Source: Phoronis australis (lineage: Eukaryota; Animalia; Phoronida). Taken from it: DNA of 64,000 bases. The stretch covers positions 89,050 to 153,049 of the forward strand of contig NMRA01000647.1 in the NCBI GenBank assembly GCA_002633005.1, written 5' to 3'. Below are positions 38,478 through 50,769 of the stretch, in pieces. Position 1 is the stretch's first letter; the number at the start of each line of letters is the position of its first letter. The position numbers and the translations under genes were made by a program. The notes beneath the pieces are model-generated. The model did no database searches. It worked only from the letters and a program-made list of their open reading frames with translations, and was not told the origin of the DNA.

Positions 38478-38682
38478 CTAGAGACCGTAAAGTTTGAAAA
38501 CACCGACTAAAGACCGTAAAGTTTGAAAACAATAGAGACCGTAAAGTTTGAAAACACTAGAGACCGTAAAGTTTGAAAACACTAGAGACCGTAAAATTTG
38601 AAAACACTAGAGACCGTAGAGTTTGAAAACACTAGAGACCGCAGAGTTTGAAAACACAAGAGACCGTAGAGTTTGAAAACAC
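38478..38682. repeat. 25-bp minisatellite (actagagaccgtaaagtttgaaaac), 8 copies
   Basis: Directly visible, head-to-tail, no unique spacers. Confidence 0.9.
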
Positions 38683-38894
38683 CTCTCATTTAAGACCAGT
38701 CTGACATTTCGAACACTTGCACCCCTGCTATGGAGTTATGCACTTGTAGTAGGCCTTATTTGACTTATAAAACATTGTTTTCCATAATGACATGCCATTT
38801 TAACTAGAAAATTGCTATTGAGTTTTTACTGCATGTGCATAACGTTGAACAATTACGTTGTCAGATGTTTGTTACCCCAGTTCCTTTCTTGCAG

Positions 38895-39020
38895 AAGAAA
38901 ATCGAAATCTGCGTGGTGTTTGTGAAGTTGGGAGAAATTGACACAGCTCATGAGAAGTTCTCAGCAGACGTTTTGATCAAGGCAAAATGGAGGGAACCAA
39001 CACTAGACGGAACCAAAACG
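38895..39020 (+). CDS. pLGIC exon A
   Basis: KKIEICVVFVKLGEIDTAHEKFSADVLIKAKWREPTLDGTKT; ttgcag / gtaggc. Confidence 0.9.
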
Positions 39021-42000
39021 GTAGGCCTATACCGTTTTAGTCTTAACTTTCATCCTCCATGTTGGAAGTTTAGTGACAAGGAACTTTTTCTTAACATATA
39101 AAACAAAATACCTCTGTCAGCCACGTTATCCTTGTTTCATCAAACGAATAATTGTTTCAGTTATGTACTCTTGGCCCAATCATATACTGTACTGTGCTGC
39201 CAACTGTGTTTTTAAAAGTAAAGATGATCCCCAATTTACGTCTACCGTTGTGCAGCTCTTGAACACCTTCAAGGAAAAGTAAATAATCAGAATTCTTGAT
39301 GGAAGATTGGTCCAGTACAAACGCTTTGATGGAAGATTGGTCCAGTACAAACGCCTTGATGGACTGGTCCAGTACAAACACCTTGATGGAAGATTGGCCC
39401 AGTACAAACGCACACGATAATGAGGACTAATGAAACCTTAGTTTTAAACCAGGCAACTAAATATATTATTGGCAACAGAACAGATAAAACGTTTGTCACA
39501 AGAGACTAGGCTTTCTGGTCCTATGTCTCTAGCATGAACAGTTACTGCACACTGGTACTGCGACACAATGGCGACACTGGTACTGTGACTTAGTGGCGAC
39601 ACTGGTACTGCGACACAATGGCGACACTGCATGGTACTGTAACACAGTGGCGACACTGGTACTGTGACTTAGTGGCGAAACTGGTACTGCGACACAATGG
39701 CGACACTGGTACTGAGACACAGTGGCGACACTGGTACTGCGACACAATGGCGACACTGCATGGTACTGCGACACAATGGCGACACTGGTACTGCGACACA
39801 GTGACGGCACTGCATGGTACTCTGACACAATGGCGACTTTAGTTTTAAAAGCCCGGAGAGCTACGAAATATTGTATATCTATATACTATTGCTGATACTG
39901 TCGCCATTTTCATTCATTTCATTAAAACTACGAATACTGCTACTGTTGCTGCAACTCTACTGGTCACTATAATTATAGCTATTGTAATAATTACTATTAC
40001 ATACCAAGAACACAAATCCAAATATGCTTGCAGACGCTTGATTTGACTGACCCGAGGTGGAGAGATGGCCTTTATGACCCGAAACTCTTTATTGAAAACA
40101 CGATTGGCGACACGAAGGAGACCGTCAGCCATCACGTGATCTACGACAACGAGGAGAACGCTTTCATGTGCCAAAACCGGAGACTTAAAGCAACTTTCAT
40201 CGAAAACCTTGAGCTCAACGAGTTTCCGTTTGACGTTCAGGTAACAGTCTTGAACGATGCATAACAGGACACATGTACAATGTATGTAGCCTGACACAGG
40301 GAGCAGAATAATAATTCATTGAGAGTTACTTAATTTGATGGAATTCTTGAAGATTGGTGTATATAACCTCATGTAAGTTGGGTCGATGTCTGCTTGAGAC
40401 CAAAAAATAATAACTCTACTTGAGACTCGACCCACGAAATTGGTCAATTAAACCTTGTCAAAGTTTACTGCCACGCGACTGGCCCTTTTATTCACGTAAA
40501 GTTCATTCATATACGTACATGTACGAGGTTCGCGCCAACAAGTTTAGGCCTACACTTTAAAAAGTGTATATTAAGAGAAATTTACCTCAAACGCTTGGAG
40601 CGTAAGTCACCTTTGCCTTACATGTAGCTACGTACAACTCTTGGGATCAGAATTTGAAACAGCATATTTCCGTGCATTTAAGTAAATCTGAAAAAACACA
40701 CGCACTTGTGTTTTAAGGCCTTCAGCTATTTCTAAGAAGGATAAAGTTAACTTAGCTCCTTACAATGGCCTTTCTAATGACGACTTACATTTCACAATGC
40801 CTGTCGTGTGAACTATAATACAGGATATAGAACAGTTATTGGATTTTCAGTTTCCGTTTTGCATTTTGAACTGAACTGACGGAATGCACCGCAATTCACG
40901 TGTTTCCTGTTTTAGGATCTCACCGTTGTCGTGGCATCTGAACGATATGCTACGGAAGTTGAATTCGTCGACAGCCCGGATGATGTTCATCGTGTCTGCA
41001 AGCGTTCGTTCGTTGACGAACAGGAGTGGAAGCTCTATAAGCATATTGACACTGCTCGGTAATAGATGGGACTGAACTGGGGTTAAGGAGGGTCTCGTTT
41101 ACTGAAGCCGATTTTCTTTCTGTGTCCATTATCACGCTCCATTTCCAGAAATTATCCGTCAAGTATTATGTAAGACCTTAGAAAATGCTCAAATTTTGTT
41201 AAGTACACGAAACATCATGTCTCAGAAATGAATGTTCATATTCTATTGCTTTATGCACAGTTCTTCAAAACGCTTTCAGCCATTATTTTTGCATAAGGCG
41301 CTATCAAATATCAAACTTTTATGATTTTCATAAAAGTAGAACAAAATGATAGTTTGGAAAACGGCCACACGTTTTTGAGAATTCACGTTGATATACTGAT
41401 CTCGTTATTGATACCCTAAGGATTTTCCATCAATGCACATTCCTTAATTGCTAAATTTTACTAAAAAGACACAGACACATGAACCAATTAATAACAAACT
41501 GGTAGAAAGTCACAAATTAAATACTACAGGCTTTTTAATTTCAGAAACTATGTACTTTTATGATTGTGTCAGTCTATAGTTTTACAGATTTTTGGCTAAA
41601 TACCGAAACCTGTGAATACAGGCACATTGTTTCTTGTTAGCCCATAGTCTTCTGAAATAATTGCATTTTATAGTACTGAGTGGTCCCACGGACACGGCCA
41701 CTGCATAAAAAGACGACATCGGCATGCCCTTTTTTGGTTCTTACGCGGATATTTTTTTCTTTGAAAAGAGTGCTTGAGCTTCTTTACAAAATTCTAGATC
41801 CGCCAGTCTGTTAGAGTGGCTCTATTGTTTGAACTCACGCTTGCTAATTTAAGTCATGATTCCGTCTTGCAGGGACGTCTACAGCGACGAATTGTTATCA
41901 ACTCAACAGCGAGCCAAGCCGATGTATCTTGTGAGATGTCGAGCTGAAAGGAGGCCGAGATTCTTCGTCGCCAACATGTATACGATGTCGGTATGTATAG

Positions 42001-45000
42001 TGACAAGCAAAAGACCTGTCTGCTACAGTAGATCACACTGGGGCGTTTGGGCAGAGGTATATACCGCCGCCAGAGGGTTCAACAACAAGGCAATAGTTCC
42101 TCTCTCATACAAGTTTTAAAGACTCTGCTCAAAGAGGACGCTCTTGTAAGCATTGCAGGCTGAAAGACCTCCGACAATTTTTTAAGAAAGAACCCCAGAG
42201 TAGAATGTAGCCTCGTTTTTCGTGGACGCGATATCACTTCAGGAAAATGAGTGTGCGACAAAGGCAACTTTCAATAAAAGCCAAGGACCACACGTATGTT
42301 TTTTATGCGCCCACATATTTATATGTGGACGCATCATGCCGTCATCTCTGTCCATCCGTCCGACGTCCGTCCGTCCGGCGTCCGTCCGGCGTACGGCGTC
42401 CGCTGCTCTACCTCCAAAACCCGTGGACATACGTTTATGAAATTTGACACATATGTTCCATTTATGAATGGGTCGGCATAAGCGAACTTTCGGACGGATT
42501 CGACAACCGGTGTGCCCCTTAGTGGCAATTTTAGTTTTTTACGCTTACCTTTGTATCTTCAAAAGTCCTTAAAGGCGAAGGCAACCTTTTTCCATGTCAT
42601 TTTGAGCTAAAATAAGGTTGGTTGGTTATCCTAGACATATTTTTCACTTAATTACAGCTTTTCGTAATTTTATTAATTACTCGTCCGCTTTTCCGGATGT
42701 GACGTTTTAGGAGGCAAGCGCTTCCCGCCACTTGGTTTTGCGTTGAGCTTACTGTGCGAATCTGTTCTATTCTACTTTTGTTTTGTGCTATNNNNNNNNN
42801 NNNNNNNNNNNNNNNNNNNNNNNNNNNNNNNNNNNNNNNNNNNNNNNNNNNNNNNNNNNNNNNNNNNNNNNNNNNNNNNNNNNNNNNNNNNNNNNNNNNN
42901 NNNNNNNNNNNNNNNNNNNNNNNNNNNNNNNNNNNNNNNNNNNNNNNNNNNNNNNNNNNNNNNNNNNNNNNNNNNNNNNNNNNNNNNNNNNNNNNNNNNN
43001 NNNNNNNNNNNNNNNNNNNNNNNNNNNNNNNNNNNNNNNNNNNNNNNNNNNNNNNNNNNNNNNNNNNNNNNNNNNNNNNNNNNNNNNNNNNNNNNNNNNN
43101 NNNNNNNNNNNNNNNNNNNNNNNNNNNNNNNNNNNNNNNNNNNNNNNNNNNNNNNNNNNNNNNNNNNNNNNNNNNNNNNNNNNNNNNNNNNNNNNNNNNN
43201 NNNNNNTCAACAGATTTTCATAAAAAATTAAATATAGGCATCTATTGGAGTGATGACGTTATCTTCCTCAGGCTGTTTTTGGATGGAATCGAGGTATTTT
43301 GCACCACCCAATGGCCATTTTTGCTGTTTTCAAATCTTGTGTTGGGCGTCCACCTCTGTATCAACCAAATCATTTGAAAATTGGCATGTATGTTCTCAGA
43401 GTGAAAACGACTTTTGATGATGATGACTGACTACTGTGGCGCCTCCTAGTGTTATTTTTGCGCCCATAGTTGTATCTCCTAAACCCACTGCAGGTTCTTT
43501 ATCAAATTTAGTAAGTGTATTTATATGAAGATAACAACAGACGACGACGACTTTCAGGCGGATCCAACGGACACTGTGCCCACTAGTGGCAATTTCGTTT
43601 TTTCTGTTGTCCTTTGTTTCTCTGAAGTTCCTTGACATATTTTAATGAAATATGGCATGTTCCTGTTTTTGGATGGATTGTATGTTTTTGAGCCATCTAG
43701 TGGCCATTTTTATGATACAAATAAATAACCCTAAAAGCACACCATTTGCAATGCATTCGTGGGCGCATTTCAACGCTCCGCGTTGCTCTTGTTTGTTAAA
43801 ACTAATTGTCGACCACGTATTGCAGTTTTGTTTTGTTCTAGTTTCTAATAGTGGCGCTGATGTTTACGACATTTTCCGTCGCTTACTATAAACCGGAGTA
43901 CAGACTCAAGTTGGGATTCGCTTTACTGTTGACAGCGGTGACGTTCAAACTTGTCGTTAGCAATTCACTGCCAAAAATCTCCTACGTTACGTACTTGGTA
44001 AGTTTAATTTGCATAAAATATAATTTTTTATTAAATTAAAAAAAGACATTTCAAATACTTATGATTATACCTAAAGGTATCTGCCTCTTTCAGACCTGAG
44101 TATATTTGACCTTTTATGGCATAAGCTTGTGTCATAATTTTTGTATTTGACTGATGCCTAAATGTAGGCTAGCGGGGAACGTGAGTTTTGACTAGAGCGA
44201 GTTTGATGGCTGATACTTCCGTTGCCTGGAGAGAAAATCAAAACTTGAGACTCTCGTTCCCGAGTACACAGTACAAGAAAATGTGTTTTATTACATAATT
44301 TTACATCAGAGACACACTTTCACGCAAATGTTACTCACGCGATCGTAACGTTTTTAATCACGTTCCACAACCATTTAAGCAGGCGGAAAATGTATGTTTT
44401 ACATGTACGAGTCAACAAGTTTGAATGTAGTTGTTTCCACAAATTGCAATGGGAGGTAATAAGTCTACATACTAATTGTTTTATCATTTAAACAATCAGT
44501 AAATAAATAGTGCAGAAACCCCGGCTACGACCTGGGTGACTGCACATGTAATATACATTGTTAATCTTCTTGAAGATTCCTTAAAGATTGACGAACACGG
44601 TTATCCTTACGTTATAGGACCAGTACAGTTTCGCTTGTCTTGCTATGATAGTTCTGACGTGCATTTGGCATTCCATCTGTTCAATTCTCCCTGAAGACAA
44701 TGTGGTGATGATTGACAACATAGCCCTGGCTGTTCTCGGTGCCACTTATCTCATCTTCAATGTCGTTTACACCGCCATCATAGGAAAAAAGGTAACGCTT
44801 CATACAGGTAACGTTTTAGAGAGGACAATCTTGTGGCAGTTGACGAATTGTAGAAGTAGTTTACCTCTTTAACGGTTCGACGTTCAATTGTATTTCTTAC
44901 CTGGATTACAAAATTATCCTTAAGGCTCAGGAAGGGTGGGGGTTTTAGTATACATAGCATAACTGATTTGCCCAACCTGGCAAAACTGGTTAAGTTACCC

Positions 45001-45594
45001 ACACTCATTTTGAGACTGCACTCAATGAGTACAATATAAAAGAGACCGACGAATCAGTTTCAGCCAAGGTATCGCGTAGTTATTTTTGAACGCTGCACAA
45101 AGGCCCGTAAGCAAGAATAAGCACGGTTAGTCAATCGATGAGTTACAAAACAAATCCCGCATAATGTTTGCTCATCCGAGGTGGATTGCTGTTTTGAAGA
45201 AGTGTGCAGTTAAAACTACCGCATCACCGACTCGATATTCATAAAAACCAGCAGAACCAACTCAGCCTTTTTGACCAATCAAGAATGAACAAGATGTGGC
45301 AATTGAGAACAGCACAGTATCCTAAAATAACAAGGTAGCGTCGCATTACTAAGTTGTCTAAAAATACGAAGATTGTCACAATAATTGCTATTATACTGTT
45401 TTAGTTGGGCATCGCTCTCTGTCACCATTATCATCCTCTTTTCGCAGATTTACACAAGAAGGCGCTACATGAACAGAAGAGACGACGAGTATCTAGAGAT
45501 GACAACGAAAGTGAAAGACCAAAACAACGTTGAAAACGGAAACGTGGAAACATTTGTTGTCGATTTAGGGAGTGTGATTCCGTCTGTGAACTGA
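38895..45594 (+). CDS. Cys-less (Pro-loop) pentameric ligand-gated ion channel subunit; exons 38895-39020, 40034-40240, 40916-41058, 41873-41990, 43842-43997, 44618-44791, 45448-45594; start exon unresolved
   Basis: ECD motifs LGEIDTAHEKFSADV..KWRE, YDPKLFIEN, ENLELNEFPFDVQDL, EQEWKL, pre-M1 RAERRPRFF; four TM helices including M2 RLKLGFALLLTAVTF and M2-M3 linker LPKISYVTYLDQY. Exons sum to 1071 bp in frame (356 aa). Confidence 0.92.
39296..39411. repeat. 30-bp minisatellite (ttgatggaagattggtccagtacaaacgct), about 4 copies
   Basis: Directly visible. Confidence 0.85.
39549..39838. repeat. 25/29-bp minisatellite (acactggtactgcgacacaatggcg), about 11 copies
   Basis: Directly visible, with recurring 4-bp insertion variants. 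Confidence 0.9.
40034..40240 (+). CDS. pLGIC exon B (loop A to Pro-loop)
   Basis: LYDPKLFIEN...LELNEFPFDVQ; ttgcag / gtaaca. Confidence 0.92.
40916..41058 (+). CDS. pLGIC exon C
   Basis: DLTVVVASERYATEVEFV...SFVDEQEWKLYKHIDTAR; tttag / gtaata. Confidence 0.9.
41873..41990 (+). CDS. pLGIC exon D (loop C region, pre-M1)
   Basis: DVYSDELLS...RCRAERRPRFFVANMYTMS; ttgcag / gtatgt. Confidence 0.9.
42303..43793 (+). mobile_element. Helentron-associated (HINE/DINE-1-like) element in pLGIC intron (contains a gap)
   Basis: T-run start, 5' subTIR tgcgcccac with a nearby inverted partner, (GTCC)n-like microsatellite, 3' subTIR gtgggcgca, hairpin caacgc-tcc-gcgttg, end ctcttgttt. Confidence 0.65.
43842..43997 (+). 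CDS. pLGIC exon E (M1 end, M2, M2-M3 loop)
   Basis: FLIVALMFTTFSVAYYKPEYRLKLGFALLLTAVTFKLVVSNSLPKISYVTYL; donor gtaagt. Confidence 0.92.
44618..44791 (+). CDS. pLGIC exon F (M3, short loop, M4)
   Basis: DQYSFACLAMIVLTCIWHSICSILPEDNVVMIDNIALAVLGATYLIFNVVYTAIIGKK. Confidence 0.9.
45448..45594 (+). CDS. pLGIC terminal exon G
   Basis: Strong pyrimidine tract + cag, then IYTRRRYMNRRDDEY...VIPSVN*; phase 0 fits exon F. Confidence 0.8.
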   Translation: MYTRRRYMNRRDDEYLEMTTKVKDQNNVENGNVETFVVDLGSVIPSVN

Positions 45595-45737
45595 TTTGGA
45601 CTGACGTCATGAATATGACAGAAAAAACACACACACACACAAGGCACTGAGTGTTCCCCAAATTCCAATCACTGTGGCGCGCACGATTTTTTTTGTAGAT
45701 GTGTTATTTAGAACGTTTATTTCGTAAATTTAAAATG

Positions 45738-45935
45738 ATACCAAACCTGGTTTTGGCCTATTTACAGATAATAAAAACGACATTCCCATCTCTGAAACCT
45801 TATAATGCTCTGTAATCCTCCACTATCCTCAAAGGTTTGGAGGAAAATTTGAAAATTTCTTTCAAATTCTGCTAAACAGACAAGCGTGACCTACGCTTTT
45901 AGCGAACTGCGCAGCAACTCTGGGGAAAGACCGGA
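45738..45935 (+). repeat. Dispersed repeat, copy 1 (copy 2 at 56643-56840)
   Basis: Shared gataccaaacc-ggttttggcc...ggaggaaaatttgaaaa...tgctaaacag-caagcgtgac...aaagacc. Confidence 0.65.
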
Positions 45936-48653
45936 CTATCCGAAAGGCGCTTGTGGTCTACCATCATACAGTCCACTCTACAGTTCCTGACGTGTACCAC
46001 ACACATTAAAGTTAAGCGACTGTGGCACCCCATCATTTGGTACCTGTTTAGTTAAGCCTGATGAGGGAGACAACTGCTCGTGAGCCTGAATGAAAGATGT
46101 ATAGTCAACAGAATTGAACTTTATTTCGCCAGGTGGTCGCACAACTCCTTTAACCACGACATGACAAACATCAAAGTCACGTCACTGTTGAGGAGGTCAG
46201 AGGTCAGTAGGAACACTGATGTGATTGGGTTAGTTCGGTTGGTTATTTTTACAATAATATAATGTATAATTCAGTGACCGATGAGCTTAAATTGAAATTA
46301 AACATTTTAACATTAAATGTAGTATAGGAATAAACATGGAAAAGCTATTTATGCACCAATGAACCAGTAACTACCTCTTTAAGCACTTTATTCAGTCACG
46401 AAACAATACAAATACCACAGGTTCTACAAAAAATCCAAATTAATGGGGTCATGTTGGTTTTGTTAAAGTTCTTATGCAAAATCTCACCAATTCTGAACAA
46501 AAAACAATTGCCAAAATGGTCGTTCTTTAATGTTTCAAAGCTTCAAAGTTATGTATGCACGAAATTTTTCAGAAATTTTTCAAAATATTTTCGAGTGGTA
46601 GCAAAGGTACAATCTGTGATTATGTATTTATGATTTGCTACATATCTTTCATGGAAAAAATACAAAAACAAAATTTTACTTGTCCAACATATTTTGTCCT
46701 AAATAAGTGAGATTTTGCTTCTTTTTTAGAACTGGGTACAGGTATAGACAGGCACAGTGCCCACATAATGTACTGGGTACAGGTATAGACAGGCACAGTG
46801 CCCGCATAATATAGCATAATGCTCGATTTTAACATTGTAACAACATAAACACATTCCTGGATACACCTTGGGCATCAAATTTCCAAAATGATTCCCAATT
46901 AACAATAAGCAAACTCAATATCGCGGTCAGTCGTCTATCATAAAATTAATTCAAATAACATACCTTAACATAATAAGTACATGAAATTTAAAAAGATACC
47001 TGTAATATGTAATATTGTTTCTTAATACCACAATATCAATGATTACATTATCCCCATTTTCATACCAGGCCAGAAATATCAGGAACACATCACACAACAG
47101 AACACTAAGTTAAAATGTGTTGTCCATCTTTAATATCCACTGTCACATTTTTCAAACATCCTAATTTCTGAATAGCTTAAACATGTCCATGAAACTGCAT
47201 ATCATTTAAACCCTGGATATCACAGAGCCATCACCTGCACAAAAATAATGCAGATACATTTATAGTCCTGTGACTGAGCATAAACTCTTAGAACTTGTGA
47301 AATTTCATGGAAATCACGTGGCGTTCATACCAGTGAAAACTTTTGATGATTTGAAAAGACACGTGTAGAAATGTGAACCTTAAAGTGGAGCTTGCATGCT
47401 AATTCCTTATCTCCATGGTTGCTTGGTCAAATAGTTAAAAACACAACATATAGCGAGGATGGGAATATGACTGTAGATAGAAAATTGCCAAATGATTTCA
47501 TGAACGAGTTTTGTGTCGAAAATGACCCCCATAAATCATTCAGTGGTATCCAGTAAGTATTGTGAGGTGCTGATGGGAAATAACACTACATGATGCTGGC
47601 TATGTGAGCCTCCAAAGTACGTCATTAGGGCAAAGGTCACCTATTTGCTGATTTTTTTGTTTTCACATTTACAAGTTGTCAATGAATATAACTGCACTTT
47701 GTTTAGGTAGATGGCGTTCCTGCTGTACATTATTTAGCATAGTTAGGAGCATGCAAATACATCTTTAACAACAGAGACAATTAGGCCAAAACATTGGTAC
47801 CAGTCTCTTGCTTTTTTGAAAACTGAGTCAGTGGTGCAGTGTTTTCGTTAGTTGCTTACATTTTGAAAAAGGAAATCCAATGGCGATGAGCAAAACTGAT
47901 GCCAGTTTAGTCATCACAAAGCAAGTCATCAGGTTTCAAACCTTGCTTACATGTTTTTATGCAGCTTTTCAAAAAAAAAATATTCTTTTTTGGCCTAATC
48001 AGTTGTCTTCTGATTAATCAGCCATCAGCCAGAAAGAGGGCTTAAGTAGAACTTTGACAATCCCTGGCAAACTTTTGAATGCTTACGGCCACAAAAATGG
48101 TATGACGTCCATCTTACTTTTTTGAAACCTGAACCTCAAAGTTGCATCTCAAAGCTACACCTCAAAGCTGTGCATCAAAGTTGCACCTCAAAGGTGCAAC
48201 TCAAAACTAAGCCTCAGACCTGCGCTTCAAACCTGTGCCTCAAACCTGGCATCAGGTGAATGCTGGATGACAACGGAACAGAACAATCACAACTCATTTC
48301 AGCTGGCATCAGGTGACTTGTTCTTTTTCATAATTCAGACACCAAAAAATACATCACTGCATCAACTTTCAAAAATACAGACCAGAACCAATAATGCTAA
48401 TCTCTTGATCTTAAAAGCAACATTAAAATAACTAGTTTGTTTTGAGATATGACGTTTTGTTAACAAAACTTCCTATTTAGCTAGTAGTAGTAATTTAGCA
48501 AGTCAAACTTTGAATAAGACTAAAAATTCTTAAACTAGTCTTGGTCTACACCTTCCCTAGACAGGAATGTCCTTCATTCCAAAGACATGACAGCATTGCT
48601 AACTTGGCTAGTATAACTCAACAGGTATTTCTTACCATACTGAGTGCATAACA

Positions 48654-49606
48654 AACAATAGTAACGGAGCACGTTGATTTGCGCCCACGACTGCACTGCA
48701 AATGGAAGCCTTCTGGGGGTGTTTATCACAATGATAAATATAGTCATCCAAAAGTGAGATGTGGTCCTCTTCAGAATAGAAAACCATTTATCAAATGTCA
48801 TGAAAATCCACCAAAAAACAGAAAAAAGTTGTCATCAAGAGGCAAAGCAAGCGGAAGTCGGATCTGTTCACCTGTTGCTAAATCAATAGGAGTACATTTG
48901 TCAAAGTTCCAAGAGCATTTAGGAGATGCAGCCACAGATGCAAAAAAGTCACCAGGGGGCATCACAGTAGTTGAACCCATCTGAAAATCCATATCAGTTG
49001 TGCTCTTGTCAGTAAGAACACAGCTGTTAATAACCACAATGATCCTCTTAGATGTTTGGCATATACAGAGAAAGACAACTAAAAATTATAATAAAAAGGT
49101 CACTAAATGTCACAAAACTTGTTGAATCTCTCCTAAAATGTAAAGATGTTGTCATGTTGATACCACAAACCTGAAGTGGCCTGACCTGTCAATTTCCATA
49201 ATCATCCTTCAAGTGATTTGGCAGACTGAGAGGCCGATGCCAAAAACATATTTGGGAATTTTAAAAATAGACAGTCACTAGGTAGTGCAACATATGTCAA
49301 ATACATCCCAGAATGGGAAGGCACTGCCGTCTCTTAAGAAAGTTATTTTCTAAATTTCATAAAAATCCATCAAGGAACTGCAAAAATAGAGAAGCAAACG
49401 CAAAAACAATATAATTGTCACTTCAGAGAGGGCTGTAGCCAGAACAGTTTGAAACTCATCAACGTCTGTCGTCAGCTTCATACGAACACATCTCCCAAAT
49501 TTCATTAAGATCCAGCAGGAGGTTTAGGAGATACAGCAGCAGACACCGGATGCCCAGACAAAGATGACGGCAATATGCAGCCACATATAAATATCTGGGT
49601 GCATAA
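48654..49606 (-). mobile_element. HINE/DINE-1-like element, copy 2
   Basis: Reverse complement begins ttttatgcacccagatatttatatgtggctgcat and ends gtgggcgcaaatcaacgtgctccgttactattgtt, matching the ends of 42303-43793. Confidence 0.6.
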
Positions 49607-50398
49607 AAATAACTGCTGTACAAGAAAGATGGACATTAATAATGATGATTGAGTGAAAATCAGTAAAATTTCTCACCAATATTTACTGGCATATTCTCTA
49701 ACAATTAAAAATTCCATGTTTTCCCCAGAACTTCAACACCAACTTAACTAGATTAAAAATTTTCTTGAAAAGTAGTGTAATTACTCACAGTGAAACTTGA
49801 AGCATATTCCTAGGCTAAACAGCAACTCAACTGAGACTTTGCACCAAAGTTATCAAGCACCTTTCTGTCATTGAGTCAAACATTGCAAGTTAGAGAAAAT
49901 CCGTCCATTGCTGACACTCCTGTGCAATGCCATAGTGCACATGATTGGAAAGAGGATGTGTTTCTGGTCAAACAGATTTTAACCAAATGGTGGCACTGGT
50001 GCAGCAGAGATCATTTGCTCAGACTATGTCACTTCCTCCTCTCCCTCTACACCTGCCCCCCCCCCGCTCTCCTCCCCCTGTCCACTCCCCTCCTCTCTCG
50101 CCCTCATTCAGTGACAAAGGACACACTAGAGACGTTCAAAATGTACACAGTCTCTGAATCAGTGAACTAGGTGTAACTAGCAAGCCAAATACAGTGGGAA
50201 ACCAGAGCCATGCTCTGCAATGCTCGTGAATTGTAAACCATCACCGTAAGTGAGATCACAAGCTTTGCATAATGCACGGCTCTACCTTGTAATGAACTGC
50301 ATCATCTTGGCAACCTAGCAAGATACCAACTTCACAGAACACACCCCTGTTCCCTGTTAAGCTGCCAACGATTTGGCACAATACCTTTTGTCGTCATC

Positions 50399-50769
50399 TC
50401 AGCCATCATCATCATTGGCACCATCGCCATTGTCATCATCCTCGCCACCGTCATCCGACAATGTCTCTGTGTAGTACTGCTGCTCCTGTAAGTAAGCTTT
50501 GACCCTAACTGGCAATGGCAGCTTGTCAATGTGGTCATAGCGAACCAGCCTTAGGATGAGAAACCGACACATGTGCTGGAGGGAGGTAAGGATCTTGAAC
50601 CTCGAGATTGGGTGGGCCAACTGCACAGGTATGGGGGGTGATCCAAGGGCTGTGGGACGGATGAAGTAGAGAAAGCGGTTGTCTTTAGAATGGTTTATAG
50701 CTGCTTCTATAAAGTCAACGATGGTTGCATGTTCATGTGTCGCTGGCTGACTGTGAAAGCTAAACAGAC
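50399..50769 (-). CDS. SOCS7: SOCS7-like terminal exon (SH2 C-half, SOCS box, acidic tail)
   Basis: GLFSFHSQ...IVDFIEAAINHSKDNRFLYFIRP...SLQHMCRFLILRLVRYDHIDKLPLPVRVKAYLQEQQYY...DDDG*. Confidence 0.92.

Noticed and set aside
38478-38682. Repeat containing GTTTGAAAAC, superficially like a CRISPR direct repeat
   Set aside because: Units are head-to-tail with no unique spacers, there are no cas genes, and the context is eukaryotic; it is a minisatellite.
42743-43377. Long ORFs in the ORF track
   Set aside because: They are produced by N-gap runs (X residues).
46055-46095. Hammerhead-ribozyme-like core CTGATGAG-GGAGACAACTGCTC
   Set aside because: The required GAAA after stem II is missing (GTGA) and stems I and III could not be paired.
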